Shown here: one piece after another, positions 1-12,329 of the stretch
Layout of the letters: each line of letters starts with the position of its first letter
Position numbering within the stretch: position 1 is the first letter of the stretch
Source of the DNA: Cyanophora paradoxa CCMP329
Lineage: Eukaryota; Plantae; Glaucophyta
DNA: 64,000 bases
Direction: 5' to 3'
Assembly: GCA_004431415.1 (NCBI GenBank)
Contig: QPMI01000106.1
Span: 248,001-312,000 of the forward strand
Notes under the pieces: model-generated
Told to the model about the DNA's origin: nothing
The model's input: only the letters and a program-made list of their open reading frames with translations
Databases searched by the model: none
Program-made: the position numbers and the translations under genes

Positions 1-182
1 CGCTATTTCTGCGCCTCGAGCTCGCGCAGCTAATTATAAGGATCGGCGCTCGAGAGCGCGGGCACCGCAGCGAAGGTCGGGAATTTGAGGGCGTCGTCGA
101 TCTCGCCGCCCGCGGCGCCGGCGCCGGAGGCCGCATCGTCGGATGGCGGCGGTAGGACCCAGTAAGTGCGCGCGCGCAGCAT
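1..182 (-). CDS. First exon of a tandem paralogue of the BTB gene at 850-4735 (runs off the window edge)
   Basis: ATG at 182 encodes MLRARTYWVLPPPSDDAA...EIDDALKFPTFAAVP, near-identical to the exon starting at 4735. Confidence 0.6.
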
Positions 183-780
183 CGCGTGGTCGCCGGGCGC
201 CCGATCGTTCGGAATTAATATTCGCGCTCCGGATGCTCTCTCTATAGCTACAAGCTCGTGGCGCCCACAGCCGCTCGCGATCGATTGAGCAAATTTCGCG
301 GCTGTCGCGAAAATCGCAAGTTCTCGTAGCTCAAATGGTTAGAGCGCCTCGAAGCTCTGGGCGATGCTCTTCGGATCGAGACCGGGTTCGAACCCGGGTT
401 CGGACCCGAGCGAGCCCCGAAGAGTTGAAAACAGTCACGAGATGATCCGGGTTCGACTCCCGGCGAGAACATCTTGCTGCCAAAGCTGCGTCTTCGAAGT
501 TGTCTTGAAAATCGTGATTTAATGATTCCTGGCGGGGTGCCCTGGCGCATCCGATGATCGCAATGACGCCGAGTCGATATCGATTCAATCGATATCGCGG
601 TAAAACACGTGCACCGTGCACGGCGCTTGCAACTGCGCGGACATGAATAATTGAAAACTATGCATTGAATCGCAAAACCGCATTAATATTCTATGCATCA
701 TTATAATTATTATTAAATCGCGCAGTACTTGGTTTTGCGTAGTTTCGCGAACTTGTTTAGCTTCGAAATTCGCCGGCGCC
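11..780. repeat. Diverged direct duplicate of 4568-5165 (tandem unit of about 4.5 kb: BTB gene start plus tRNA-like gene)
   Basis: Shared sequence such as gctaattataaggatcggc...cgaaggtcgggaatttgag...aaatcgcaagttctcgtagctcaaatgg...gtttcgcgaacttg in both places. Confidence 0.9.
320..471 (+). ncRNA. tRNA-like RNA gene (152 nt) with anticodon arm replaced by a long stem-loop; no assignable anticodon
   Basis: Perfect 7-bp acceptor stem GTTCTCG/CGAGAAC plus discriminator A, D-arm GCTC-AAATGGTTA-GAGC (A box), T-arm CCGGG-TTCGACT-CCCGG (B box). The central region contains stem CTCTTCGG/CCGAAGAG and extra GGTTCGAACCC hairpins. Confidence 0.7.
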
Positions 781-849
781 ATCGAATTCGAATTATATTA
801 GTGCTTACTGAGTCAACGAGGGCGGCCGCGCCGGCGGGGCGTTTCTGAG

Positions 850-3800
850 CGTGACCGCCAAAGGTCTGATCATATTTCGCCGAGTCGCCGGCGGATCCGA
901 TTCGGATCGAATATCCGGACCAGACTCTGAGAATTCGAAGATTTGCGCTCCGTCGCGAGTTTCTGCCCCGCAGGAGCTCGTGTACTTGCCAGCGGTACCG
1001 GTCCAAATTTTGAAAGGAAATCAATTGAGGGGCCTGGCCGCCCGCTCGTGTGGTCTAGCTATAGTCAACGCAGAGGTGTGCGTGCACATGTGCATGTCCG
1101 CGACGAGGCCTGACTCGGTGCTTGTCACAGTGTCCTGTATAGATATAACTACATAGCCGAGGCAAGCTGGCTTCTCTAGATCTTGGGGCCGCCGCGGGAG
1201 GCCGGGCCCTGGAATTCAAAGTCCTCGAGTGCGCGGGCGAGCTCGCGGGCGAGCTCGGGGTGGGAGGCGGGGAGGGCGCGGTACTGCCCACTGCGCACGG
1301 TCTGCCGGCGCGTCTCGACGGCGCGCCGCAGCGCCAGCGCCCGCAGCGGCTGGCACGCCTCCTGCTCGGCAAGCACCAGCGCCTCGATCGCCACCCCGCC
1401 CTGCCGCAATCATGCTCATGATCCTGAGCGCACCGCGAGGGTGCCAGGCGCACCGCGAGGGTGCCGCGGCGGGCGAGGCTCTCGAGCAGGGGCTGGAGAA
1501 AGGCGGGGGCCCCGAAGAAGCGGGCCGCGCGCACGGCGTCCAGGTGGGCCCGGGCCTTGTACGGCGCGGCCGCGTTCGCGAGCGCTGCGATCACGACGCG
1601 CGTTTGCGATGCAAGACAATGTTAGCTGAGGCAGGACTGGCCGCGCCCGGGCCCGGGCCCGGGCCCGGGCGCACACAGAACGTCGTCCATGCGGAGCCCC
1701 TTGCAATTGGAGTGGACTTTGCCCGTGCACATGTAGCAGAACCGGAGGAACGAGCGAACTGTGTCCAGGTCGAAGCCGTGAACCTGCTGGTGCGCCGGCG
1801 CCGGCGTCAATTCGAATTTCTGGGGAACTAGAACTGGTGCTCCGGCAGGTCTACATCTAGAATTCGAAGGTATGGACAAGCTTAGGACTGGGGAAAGGAC
1901 TGGGCAGGGACGGGGTACGTGCGCGCCTCAACAACGCGGCTCAGGGACTCGCGCATCCCGGAGCTGAGCACGGCGCGGAAGTACTCGCTGTGGGGCTGCG
2001 GGGAATGATTACTCGAAAGTCAATTCTCAGAGTCTGATAAAGGCCTAGGAACATGCTAAGGTTGGGACGGGAAGGGGCGGGAAGGAGCGGGAAGGCGGGG
2101 GGGGGGGGGGGGGGGGGGGGGAAGGAGGCCTAGGAAAAGGGGTTTTTTATATATATGGATGGGGTTAATAAAAGGATCCGGAGGGCCGGGGGGTGCACTT
2201 GAAGGACGGCGGAGTGGACCCGAAGGTCCACAGGGGCAGGGCCTTGTGAGGAGGGCGTTCCTGGGGCGGAGGAGCCCGCAGATGAGAGAGCTGCTACCGC
2301 GAACAGGACAACATAAAAATTAAAGGTATAAATTGCAAGCTTATGATAAATTATATTATTGGAGTTCTTGGCGCGCCTGGCTTGGGGTAGACGCGCAAGG
2401 TGACGTCGGGAGGAGGGAGTCCGGACGAGTTGAATGGGGCGCTGCGCATGCTGCCAGAGAGGACCGACTCCAGATCTAGAAGCTCGAGGGAGACCTGGTC
2501 ATACGGTTTGGTTCGGGGGGAAATCTTAAGAGGACGCAGATCACCTGAGCGGGAAAGGCACTGCTTTCGAATTCGCTGCTCTCCTGGTGCTGGCGCCGGG
2601 GCCCCTGCCGCCCGCCCACGGTCAGCCGGCACCCGCAAGGCCCGAGCTGCGCATGTCCAGGGCGCGCAGATCCAAATTTATATCAAAGGTGCACGCGCAC
2701 CGGCGGCAGCGGCGCCGCCGCCAAATCACCCTCATCAATGTCCTGATCAGGATCAGTTATTTTGCGGAGCTCGAGGAGCGGGTCACGGAAGGCCAACGGT
2801 AATTAACGGCGGTCCTGCCCTAATTCAATTTATATATATATAATATATTAAATTAGAGCCACTTCTACCGGCTCATCTGGAACGAGTAACAGCACTCGAG
2901 CTCGAGCTTGCGTACTCGCGGGCCGGCGTACGCCTGCGCATGCACCGGCGCCGAGGGCGCGCACCATGCTCTCCTCATAGACAAAGTCCCCGCCCCTCGC
3001 GATCCGCAGCTTCTCCTTGCACGCCGAGAAGCTGCGGATCGAAATCGATATCGAAATCCCGGACATGACCGCGCGCCCGACGGCGCAGCCTAGACTCAAG
3101 CAAGGGGTCGGGCGCTAGGCAGGTGCCGCATGCGCGCACGTGGTGTTGCGGACGCAGCCGGCCTCGACGATGTCGCCGGGAGGGCCCGCGAAGGCGACGC
3201 CCACCGCGCAGCCCCGCACCACGCTGTCCACCACCTGCATGCAGGAGATTATATACTGGTTAAAGGCCGCCCGTGGTCAGGCCTAGCTATAAGCCGTGCC
3301 CGTGCACGCGAGCTTAAGCTTGAGCTTATAATTAAAGCTTAAGGCACGCTAGTAATGAATGAATCTAATGGTGGACGCTGTCCACCACCTGCAGGAAGGC
3401 CGCCCAGCGCCGGCCGCGGCCCGCAGTGAGCCGCCCGCGCGCGCAATTGCAAGCGATGAATGAAGGAGTTCGATATTAGGTTGTGATCGCGCCTCGACGC
3501 GGCAAGTCCGATGCTTGAATCTGACGCCGTGGGTGCAATTGGAGATTTCGCTCCGGCTCACGCGCACGATTGCGCCGGGCTGGTTGCAGACGATGCCATG
3601 CTGCGCGCGTTCGCAGGCGGCCGATCACGATCAGATTCGGAGCAGGCGCGGGCGCGGCGCGGGCGGACTCCAGAGATCCGGAAGTTTGAATTTGCGCATG
3701 TCATTTTTGCAACAAATTTAAATATTGCGGCGTAGGCGGGGCGAATTCTGACCTGCGGCTTGCAGTCCGTGATGCGGCACGCTTCGAACGCGAGCGTGGA

Positions 3801-4735
3801 CTGGGGCTCGCGATCGAGGTTCCCCAGTTCCAATTGTGCGGCCTTGGGCTGCCGGGCTCGACACGTATTGCACCTTAAGCTTTCGAAGCCTTCGTGCACG
3901 GATGAGCTGAGCTCAAGGCGGCCTTGAACACGAGCGTACCCGTGGATTCGGGGAGCGCCGGCGCCAGGCCTAGGTCTGGCCCCGGGGAGCTCGATGTACA
4001 TGTGGCAAAGACCCCAGCGGAGCCCTGCCCGTCCACCACGCAGTTCTCGAAGCGGCTGTCGATTTCGATCAGGACCAGCGCCGATTTTATAATTAATTAG
4101 GACCAGCGCGAAATTTCTCAGAGGCGCCGGCGGCTGAGCATGCGGCTACCAGGTGACGCCACCGCCAGCAAGATGCGTGGAGCCGCGAAGCTCCAAGTCT
4201 CGGAACGTGACCTTGGCCTGGGCTCGGATAAAATTAATTCAGAGAAAGACCGCGCTTCGCAGCTGTATAGAGCGCGCACGGAGCTCCCGCGGACGACGAA
4301 GAGGACGCGCGACGACGAGTCGAGTGTCGGCTGCAAAATGGTCGAATTTGTGGGATCTCCAGCGATCGTGAGCTCGAGTTCGCGCTCAAGAGCGCGTTTT
4401 GCGACCTGCGCAGATCCGGAGCGCATGATTATCATCAATATCGGATGCATACATCTGCGCACCTGCAGCGTCGTGCGCTTCGGAAAGACATGCAAGCCCG
4501 AGAGCACGCGGATCTCGACCTTGTCGCAGCGGTCCCGCTGCGCTTGACTCCAGGCCTGCGCAATTCGCGCCTCGCGAAGCTAATTATAAGGATCGGCCCT
4601 CGAGAGCGTGGGCACCGCGGCGAAGGTCGGGAATTTGAGAGCGTCGTCGATCTCGCCGCCGGCGCCGGCGCCGGCGCCGGCGGCCGCGTCGTCGGATGGC
4701 GGCGGTAGGACCCAGTACGTGCGCGCGCGCAGCAT
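850..4735 (-). pseudogene. Multi-exon BTB/POZ-BACK domain gene, probably decayed (3' end approximate)
   Basis: Exons give PPDVTLRV (~2400), VDLRVHSAVL (~2210), SEYFRAVLSSGMRES (~1945-1990), VHGFDLDTVRSFLRFCY(MC)TG (~1720-1790) and AIEALVLAEQEACQPLRALAL (~1330-1390), the BTB-BACK order. Palindromic insertions and an apparent stop/frameshift near 3875. Confidence 0.7.
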
Positions 4736-5165
4736 CGTGTGGTCGCCGGGCGCTCGATCGCTCGGAATTCGCGCTCCGGATGCTCTGATCGAATTTCGCG
4801 GCTGCCGCAAAAATCGCAAGTTCTCGTAGCTCAAATGGTTAGAGCGCCTCAAAGATCTGGGCGATTTCCCAGGGGGGAAACCTGGTCACGAGATGACGCA
4901 GGTTCGATCCCTGAGGTTTGAAAACAGTCGCGAGATGATCCGGGTTCGACTCCCGGCGAGAACAGTGCGTCTTCTATTCCCGGCGGGGCGCACCCCACGC
5001 GCGGCCGGCGGCGATCAAAATCGGCGCCCACGAGGCCGGCTGCGTCCATCCGATGATCGCAATTGCGCTCATTCAAAATGACTGAATCGATGTAAAACGA
5101 GTTGAACTGCCGCAGTGCGTGGTTTCGCGAACTTGGAAGTTGGTTTCGCGCTCGCCGCCGAATTT
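4568..5165. repeat. Second copy of the duplicated segment at 11-780
   Basis: Direct alignment by eye with 11-780. Confidence 0.9.
4820..4964 (+). ncRNA. tRNA-like RNA gene (145 nt), second copy with a different central insert
   Basis: Acceptor, D and T arms are identical to 320-471. The insert contains a second tRNA-3'-half-like segment, GTCACGAGATGACGCAGGTTCGATCCCTG. Confidence 0.7.
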
Positions 5166-6371
5166 CGCGCTACTGCGGCGGCGGCGGTGGTAGGATCCAG
5201 TATGCAAGCGCGCGCAGCATCGCGTGCACGGGGTCTCGGGGCGCCGAAGGCTTCCAATCGGCGATCCGTAGACTATAGACGTCGCGATCAAATGATCAAA
5301 TTTTGCGGCGCCGGCTAATTTCGCGGCGCCGAGTTTTTCGCGGGAGCTCGAGGGGCGTGGAATCTGTTAGAGGCGGGGAGTGGAGGGGAGGGAAAGGGAG
5401 GGGCGTGGAAGGGAGGGAATTCGAATTCGAAGGGGAGGGGAGCGGAGGGGACTCCGGGAGGGAAGGTGAGGGGAGGGGAGGGGAGCTCGAGGCCCTATAG
5501 CTAGGTGAGGGGAGAAAGGGAAGGAGGGGAGGGGGGAGATAGGGGGGAATTATCAAAAGGAGGAGAGGAGAGATCTGATCGAATTGGATTCCCGCCACAA
5601 AATCGAGAGGAGCTTCTGCAGCTGCAACCTTGAGCTTCTGCAAGAAATTATCAAAAGGAAGAGAGATTAGTCATCTCGAGCTCGCGATCGCAATATATTC
5701 TCGCTACAAAATCTTTCCGGGATTCCAGGCTGGCCGCATTGAGATCTAGAGTTCGAGGCATTTTTAATATTAAAAGAAGGAGAGAGAGATCTGTAAAGGC
5801 CGGAGGTTCTCTAACAAATTGGTTCTCTAGATCGCGCAATATTCCGAAAGTTCCCGCCACAAAATCGCGACTTCTGCAGCCGGGTTTCCGGGCCGCACGC
5901 ACCGGCGCCGGCCGCGCGCCTATATACCAGGCTTCCAGGTGCGAGGTTCGGGCCACTTCTTCGCGCGGCAACTCGCTTTCGTCGCCCTAGGCTCGAAATG
6001 TGCATTTGAACGCCGCTCGCCGCCTCCTGAGCCGTTCCCAGCTGCAGGCGGATCTGCAGGAACTTTCCTAGACAAATTCACAGACGAGACGAGGAGAATC
6101 GTGAGGAGATATCGATCGTCTTCTTGCTAGGCGGGTTTCACAATTTACCGAATTCGCGCTCGCCATTAGTTCGCGTATTCGAATTAAAATGCGCTCCCAA
6201 CGCGTCACAGCTGCAGGGGCGATATCGATTGGAATTGCTGGGCGCGACCTCGAGAGCGATTTGATCTCACTTGGTCGGTTCCCGCGCGCATTAAAAGATT
6301 TTCGATAACGTTGGTTCGATCATTCTCTCGACTCGTGATCAGCGAGCGCTCATATGCGCATGCGCAGAAAA

Positions 6372-9300
6372 ATGGCGTCGGCTTCGAGTTCGACTTCGAA
6401 TTCAAATTCGCAAAAAAGAAGTGCGGACAGCGCATTCGGCGACATCGCACACGCGACAGTGGAGTTGCTCAGCAATATAAAGAGTCTATTGAAGTGCCCG
6501 GGGTGCTTGGAGGATTTCAACATGTACAACAAAGGAAACGTTCCTCGTCAGTTGCCAGCCTGCGAACACGCCCTGTGAGTCCGCTTAATATAATTTGCGC
6601 GTGCACTCTACATAGCATCTTGATTCAATCCCTTGATCACGATATTGATTCAGGTGCTCTTCATGTCTGGATGCGCGTGCGTTAACGTTATTCGAATTTT
6701 TTCTTCTCGGTGTTATCGTCGCAATTGATTAAACTGCAATAAATGTGTGCCGCGGCCGGCAGTGCGCAACCCGGAGGCCCACACAGTGGTCTGTCCGTCG
6801 TGCACAGAGGAGTCGACTGTTTCCGCAGTACAGGACATTCCTCTCTGTCTTTCGCTGGCCAGGAACGCCGAATTCGTCGGCAAATACGAGAAGGCCTTGA
6901 AAATGATGAGGTGCAGCAACTGCGAAGACAACGGCGTTCCTGCTGAGGCCTACTGCGCGGACTGCAACATGTATTTCTGCAAGTCCTGCTCCGATAAAGT
7001 TCACGAGGTCAACCTTGCTATAAACTTAATAAAGAATATCCTCCTTTTCGTATTGATGCTCCTTTTGTATTAAATTTGCAGCCCAAGGCATTGCATTTTC
7101 ACAACGTGCAGCGTTGCAAGTACGGCATCCCGGCACATACTTCGGCGCCCCTCCGCTCGATGTTTTTCTGCCCCGCCCACCCACAAGCGGTGGTCTCGCT
7201 CCTCTATTGCACCGAGATGCGGGCCGAGGTTCAAAGCTGCCCTGAATGGTGCGTGTAATTCCAATGTGCACGTGTAATATATCTAGATCTCCCCTATATT
7301 GCAGTTGTATTTAATTTCGCGTTTGATGCAGCGGTCCTGGGCTTGGAGATCTGCATCTGGGCCATCACCACGTGTGCCTCGCGGAAGGCGCCTCGCTTCT
7401 GCGAAAGCGGCTTGCGGAAGAGAATGCGAAGTACGAGGAGATGCTCTCGAAATTGGCGATCCGTGTCCGGGAGCTGTCGTACTACATTGGGGAGGCGCGC
7501 CGCAGTGCCGACATTTCAATTGAGAATTGTCGGCGGCGAATCGTGCAGGTGTGTACAATTGATGTCACATGCAATTAAATTTCATTTAGCGTATGCTATT
7601 AAATTCAAGCTCATGATCATGACTATAGCTTCTAAGCTAATAATCAAGCTTGTTATTTTGAAATTATATTTGCACAGATTCAGGCTGTACTGCAAGATGC
7701 ATTCGACGAAAGACTCACGGAAATCAAGAATCGAGCTTTCTTCATGTCTCGGCAGACCGATGAGCTTCGCTTCGCGAACGCCGACCTGCGGAAGACTGCG
7801 GCAGAAGGCAAGTCCGCGTTTCTCTCGGCTTTCAAGGACGCCGCCCACGCCGAGTACGAAAAGGTGTCCGTTTAATTTGGAGCCGTTTCATTAAAGAGAA
7901 GCTCATCGGGATTCCACGTCGTCGAACAGGTTCGGGCCGAAATCGACGACGCTCAAAACACATTGATTTCTCTCATCCATCAGAAAGCGAATGTCGCGAT
8001 GCGAATGCTCGAACAGCAGCTTACCATCACCAAATCTTCACAGTCAGAGCTCCAGAACATGAACCCGATATCGATGGACCGCATCGAGTTTCTTTGTGAT
8101 TATTTGACACCGGCCATCCAGATTATCCGCATGCAGGTTCTTATATACCTCGAATGTTAGATAATTAATATTACCCGTCCGACTGTCAGGATATCGATGC
8201 TGCGCAGGATTCGTTTCTCGCTCCTTTTATTGCAATTGCTCGAAAGCTCGGGGAGGCTGAGCAGCTCCTGCAACACAAAGTTGAAGTGACCCGCGTCCTG
8301 TTCAATCCAGCGGCAGTCGACATTCGGGAGATCGATCTTGGCGGACTTCGGGATCGACTGCGGCTGCGCACGACCGTGAACAGAGAGAGCGCCGTGTCCT
8401 GCATCAACGGAGACAGCGCAGTTGTGGCCAAACTCTCAATCGACTGGCGGCAGAACCTTCCAAAGGAAGCGGCATATTTGCCCGGCGCCGAGGAAGCGGT
8501 TTTCTTCTCCGAAGTTTTCAGCTGCGACGGCTTCCCGTGGAAGCTGCGAATCCACCCGACTGGCGCCCTCTCGGGAAGGGGGACCCACCTCTCGCTCTTC
8601 CTGCTCCCGGCTGTTGACTTGCCCAAGGTCAATGGCATTCTCTCTTTAATTTAGATAATCTCTTTATAATCTCGTTGACTCGCTTTGATTTCGCAGGGGG
8701 TGGGTATCCGCGCGACTTTCTCCGTTGTCTTTCCTCCAACCGGTCTCTTGGATTCAGCTTCATCGTCGCCTGCCGGCATTTCTTTCGGACCGAAGGACGG
8801 CTACTGGACAGCTGCGAACAGCCACGGCTGCGGCTGGAACGAAACGATTTCCTTGCAGAGCGTCCGAATTCCGGTGCGACTTTAATTTAATTATAATCAG
8901 CTCCGCTAACGTATGCATCCTCGCGATTGAAACAGAAGACGAACGGGAATTCAAAGCTGAATGTCCATGTACGAATCGAGAACGCAACCTTGCTGGGCAC
9001 TCGATCAAATGAGTGATGATGTGTTCCCATGTGAGGCCCATGGCCAGCCGGCGCCGCGGCCGCGCAGCCCATCGTGACCATTCTGATTTTCGTGATCATC
9101 CTCGCAACCGTAGTCTAGATCTAGAACCATGTGCATCGATTTAACCATCAACGCTTTTGAATAAAAGGTTTCGGAGTTTTGCGGATGGTATTTGCGTTGC
9201 AGCTATAGCTAGCTATAGTCGATAGATATGCATATGCTGTGCACGTACTACGGTACGCAATAAACCTATCTTTCTGCCCTCTCACCTTTGCAATTGAACG

Positions 9301-9640
9301 TGCACGTGTAACCTTGCCGAGAGTCTTGCTCGGGTTCACAATATAGACCCTGACCGACTAGCCCGCCTGCAATTTGCCGCTCAATCGACTACATATGCCG
9401 CAGTGCTTGACGTTGACTTGGGAGGGAATGGATCTTGTATTTATAATTACCGGCAGATTTTCGCCCTAGGGCCTTCTTTTATAATTATGAAATTCTTGCT
9501 GCCCATCTGCGCTCATGATCAGGCTCATTAATACTTCGATATCGATATTAATGTATAGCTTTCAAGTCTCCTCGTCTCGCCTCCGCAGGAGCCGATAGGA
9601 CGAGGCCGCTCAGCGTGGCGGCGTTCGCTCCAGAAACGTT
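6372..9640 (+). CDS. TRIM-like E3 ligase: RING, B-boxes, coiled coil, MATH (TRIM37-like architecture); multi-exon, 3' end uncertain
   Basis: CPGCLEDF...PRQLPACEHAL/CSSC...CPSC (RING); CSNCED...AYCADCNMYFCKSCSDKVH (B-box1); CPAHP...LYC (B-box2); helical exons; FSEVFSCDGFPWKLRIHPTG...HLSLFL...GWNETI (MATH). Confidence 0.8.
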
Positions 9641-10404
9641 AACGGCATCATGGCATACTGTGTGGCGATTCGAGAGCATTAAGCAATTTGCGTGCGCACA
9701 CTTATTCAAATGATTCCGAGATTAATTCATGATCAGGGCGCACAGATTTCCGTCGATGAATAATTGAGCAAATTCCAGTTAACGTTGCATTGCATTGACA
9801 ACGAGCCAGTTGCATTATATGCATGTTAGAGTTCATCAACAATATTCATGCATAGGGGCGGATGCAGGCACCGGGCCGGGCTCGAGCTTGGAGTGGGGCT
9901 TGGGCTCGGGGAGGGGCTTGCAGCTGAAGTAACGTTCTGCTCACGCGAATTCGAATCACACACGTGCACGTGCATGCACACCAGCTGCACGTGCAGGTTG
10001 GCTGAGGCCGATCGCCGCCTATTCATACTATGATACACCGGTACCGCCGGGCGCCGCCGCAGCGCCGGCGCCGGGCCGCTGGGCCGGCCCGCGGCCGGCC
10101 GCCAGCTGCAGGTTCCAGGCTTCCAGCTGCCTAGCAGCTGCAGTGCCTGCGCGCGCAGGGCTGCAGGCGCCGGCCGCGCCGCTACAGGTACGTATATTTA
10201 TAGTACGAAAGGTTTTTGGGCGATCAACTAAACATTTCCCGCCTGATAGACAGAGGGGCCGGAGAGCAAAGCCCTGAGGCCCCATGATCGCAGAGAGGCG
10301 GGCTATGAGCTTTGAAGGGCCGCGCATATGCATGTACGCGTGTAATGGGCTCCAGGGCTTCAGGGCGGATAGAAAGGGGGGGCGGAGACCAAGGCCCTTA
10401 GGCC

Positions 10405-12266
10405 TCACAGAGAGGCGGAGGCGGAGGTATCGACGACGGCGGGGGGCGGGGGCGAGGTGGGGGCGGATCCGGATCCGAGGGACCCCGGGCTCGGGGGGCG
10501 CGAGGAGGAGGAGGAGGGGGCGGCGGCGCGGCCGTCGACGGCCGGCGGCATGAGCTGCGGGGGCAGCGGTACCCCCGAGCCCCCGACGGGGAGGGGCTGG
10601 GGCGAGGCGGGGTCGGGCCCGGGGGGGGCCTCGGGGGGTACGGGAATGGGCGCCAGGCAGTCGGACAGGCGGGGGTTGAAGTAGAGGAGGAGGATCGCGA
10701 GGTAGACGAGGAGCTGCGGGGGGTACGGGAGATCAGCCGCGAGACCAGCCGGACGGAGAGAGGGGGTACCGAAACGCCAAAGACGGCGGCGGCGGCGGAG
10801 GCGGTGTACATGAGCGTCACGAAGTCTGAGGGAGGGTACGGGAAGTGACGTGAGCGGGGGGGAGGGGGGGTAAGGTGAGGGGGTCGAAGGGGGGGTACGT
10901 ACACTCGGCGCGCCTGTCGTGGGGGTCCGCGTTGAGGAGCATAGGGGCCTGCGAGGGGGCGAACCCGTACCGCCGCGACTGTTCCAGAGTCAGGGTGTAC
11001 GGGGCACGGGCCAAGGGCGGGGAGGGTGGGGACGGAGGGAGGGTACCATGATGAGCGCGGCGCCGCGGTAGCGAGCTACGTTCTCCACGGACGGCGTCTA
11101 AGGGGAGGGACGTGAGCGGGGGTACACGATGCGCGGGCGCAGGGGGAGAGGGAGGGGTGGGTACGATGGCGTGGCCCGGGAAGCCGTGCTCGAAGAGGGT
11201 GGGTACGACTTGGGCGGTAGGGGCCCTCGCTGCGAGCCAGAAGGAGACCTGGGATGAGGGGAATGAGACGGGGTACGAGCGAGCGGGGGGTACGGGGCAG
11301 GCCGCGCGCCTTCCCGACGGCCTTGTAGTTTTCGAGGCTCGGGGCGACCGGCGTGACGCAGAAATAGTCTACCGGGTCATCCTCGGTCCCTGGGGCTACG
11401 GTTGCCGGGCGGAAGGGGATGAAGCCACCCGGGGGCGAGCGGAAGGGGGGTACCTGACCAGGACAGGTCGTAGTCCTTGGCGCTGATGCAGTCTTCCGGG
11501 GCGAGAGTACCCTTCAGGATCTCCCCGTCCGTGAACTGAGGGAACAGCGTGAAGCCTGTACATACAGGGGCGCGTGAGGGGCCGGCGGACGCCGGAGGGG
11601 GGTACGGGAGCGGTGGGGGGTACCGTGGAGGACGTGGTTGGCGACCTCGGCGACGGAGATGGGCGGCGCGTAGAGGCCGGAGCCGTCGTCGTAGTTGACG
11701 TATCTGCGAGCGCGGGGCGCTCGGGGCCGGCGCGCGGGCTGCGGCGGCGGCCGCCGCGCGGGACGTACCCCACGAGCGCGTTCGCGAAGATCGGAGCGAT
11801 GACGGCCGCCCCGCCGGAGCTCAGCAGCGCGATGGAGAAGACCGCGACCCTGCGGCGCGTCAGGAAGGGGCTCGAGCGGGCGGATTTGATCGGCTGACTT
11901 GGCGCGGCGGGCCCACACGGCCTCCATCGGAGTCGCGGGGCGCTTCGTGTGCGGGAGGACCTTCCGAATGCCGACGTGCTCCTCCCGCAGCGAAACGTAG
12001 GAGAGCAGCAGGTAGAAGCCTCCGAAGATGACGCCGAAGCCGCTCCCGTAGATGATGGCCGCTGCGCCGCAACCGGCCAGTCAGCGGTTCGGAGCGGCGG
12101 GCGGCGGGCGCGGGCGGCGGGCCGGCCACGCACTGTTCATCGACCGCAAGCGCCAGCGGATGAATGCGGTGATGATGGTGTGCAGCGGCATCCAGCACAC
12201 GGCGGCGAAGCCGACCAGCACCGGTGCCTTGCACTCGCTGATGAGGTTCCTGAGCCACGCGAACAT
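10405..12266 (-). CDS. Multi-exon hypothetical membrane protein
   Basis: ATG at 12266. Hydrophobic exons VLVGFAAVCWMPLHTIITAFI, IIYGSGFGVIFGGFYLLLSY, VAVFSIALLSSGGAAVIAPIFANALVG and TLMYTASAAAAVFGVSV are separated by short GC-rich introns; GC3-biased codons; TGA at 10407-10405. Confidence 0.6.
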
Positions 12267-12329
12267 CGCTGCGGCGGCCCGAACAAGTTCTGCAGTTCAA
12301 ACGCGCCCCTAGCGAGCGCCTCTGGCTGC

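Noticed and set aside
320-471. Canonical tRNA-Ser/Ile/Val with a standard intron
   Set aside because: No U33, imperfect anticodon stem, and the two copies give different triplets.
2096-2121. Poly-G run (also poly-C at 37965-38004 and CA repeats at 28631-28695)
   Set aside because: Simple low-complexity tracts; not telomeric and no evidence of function.
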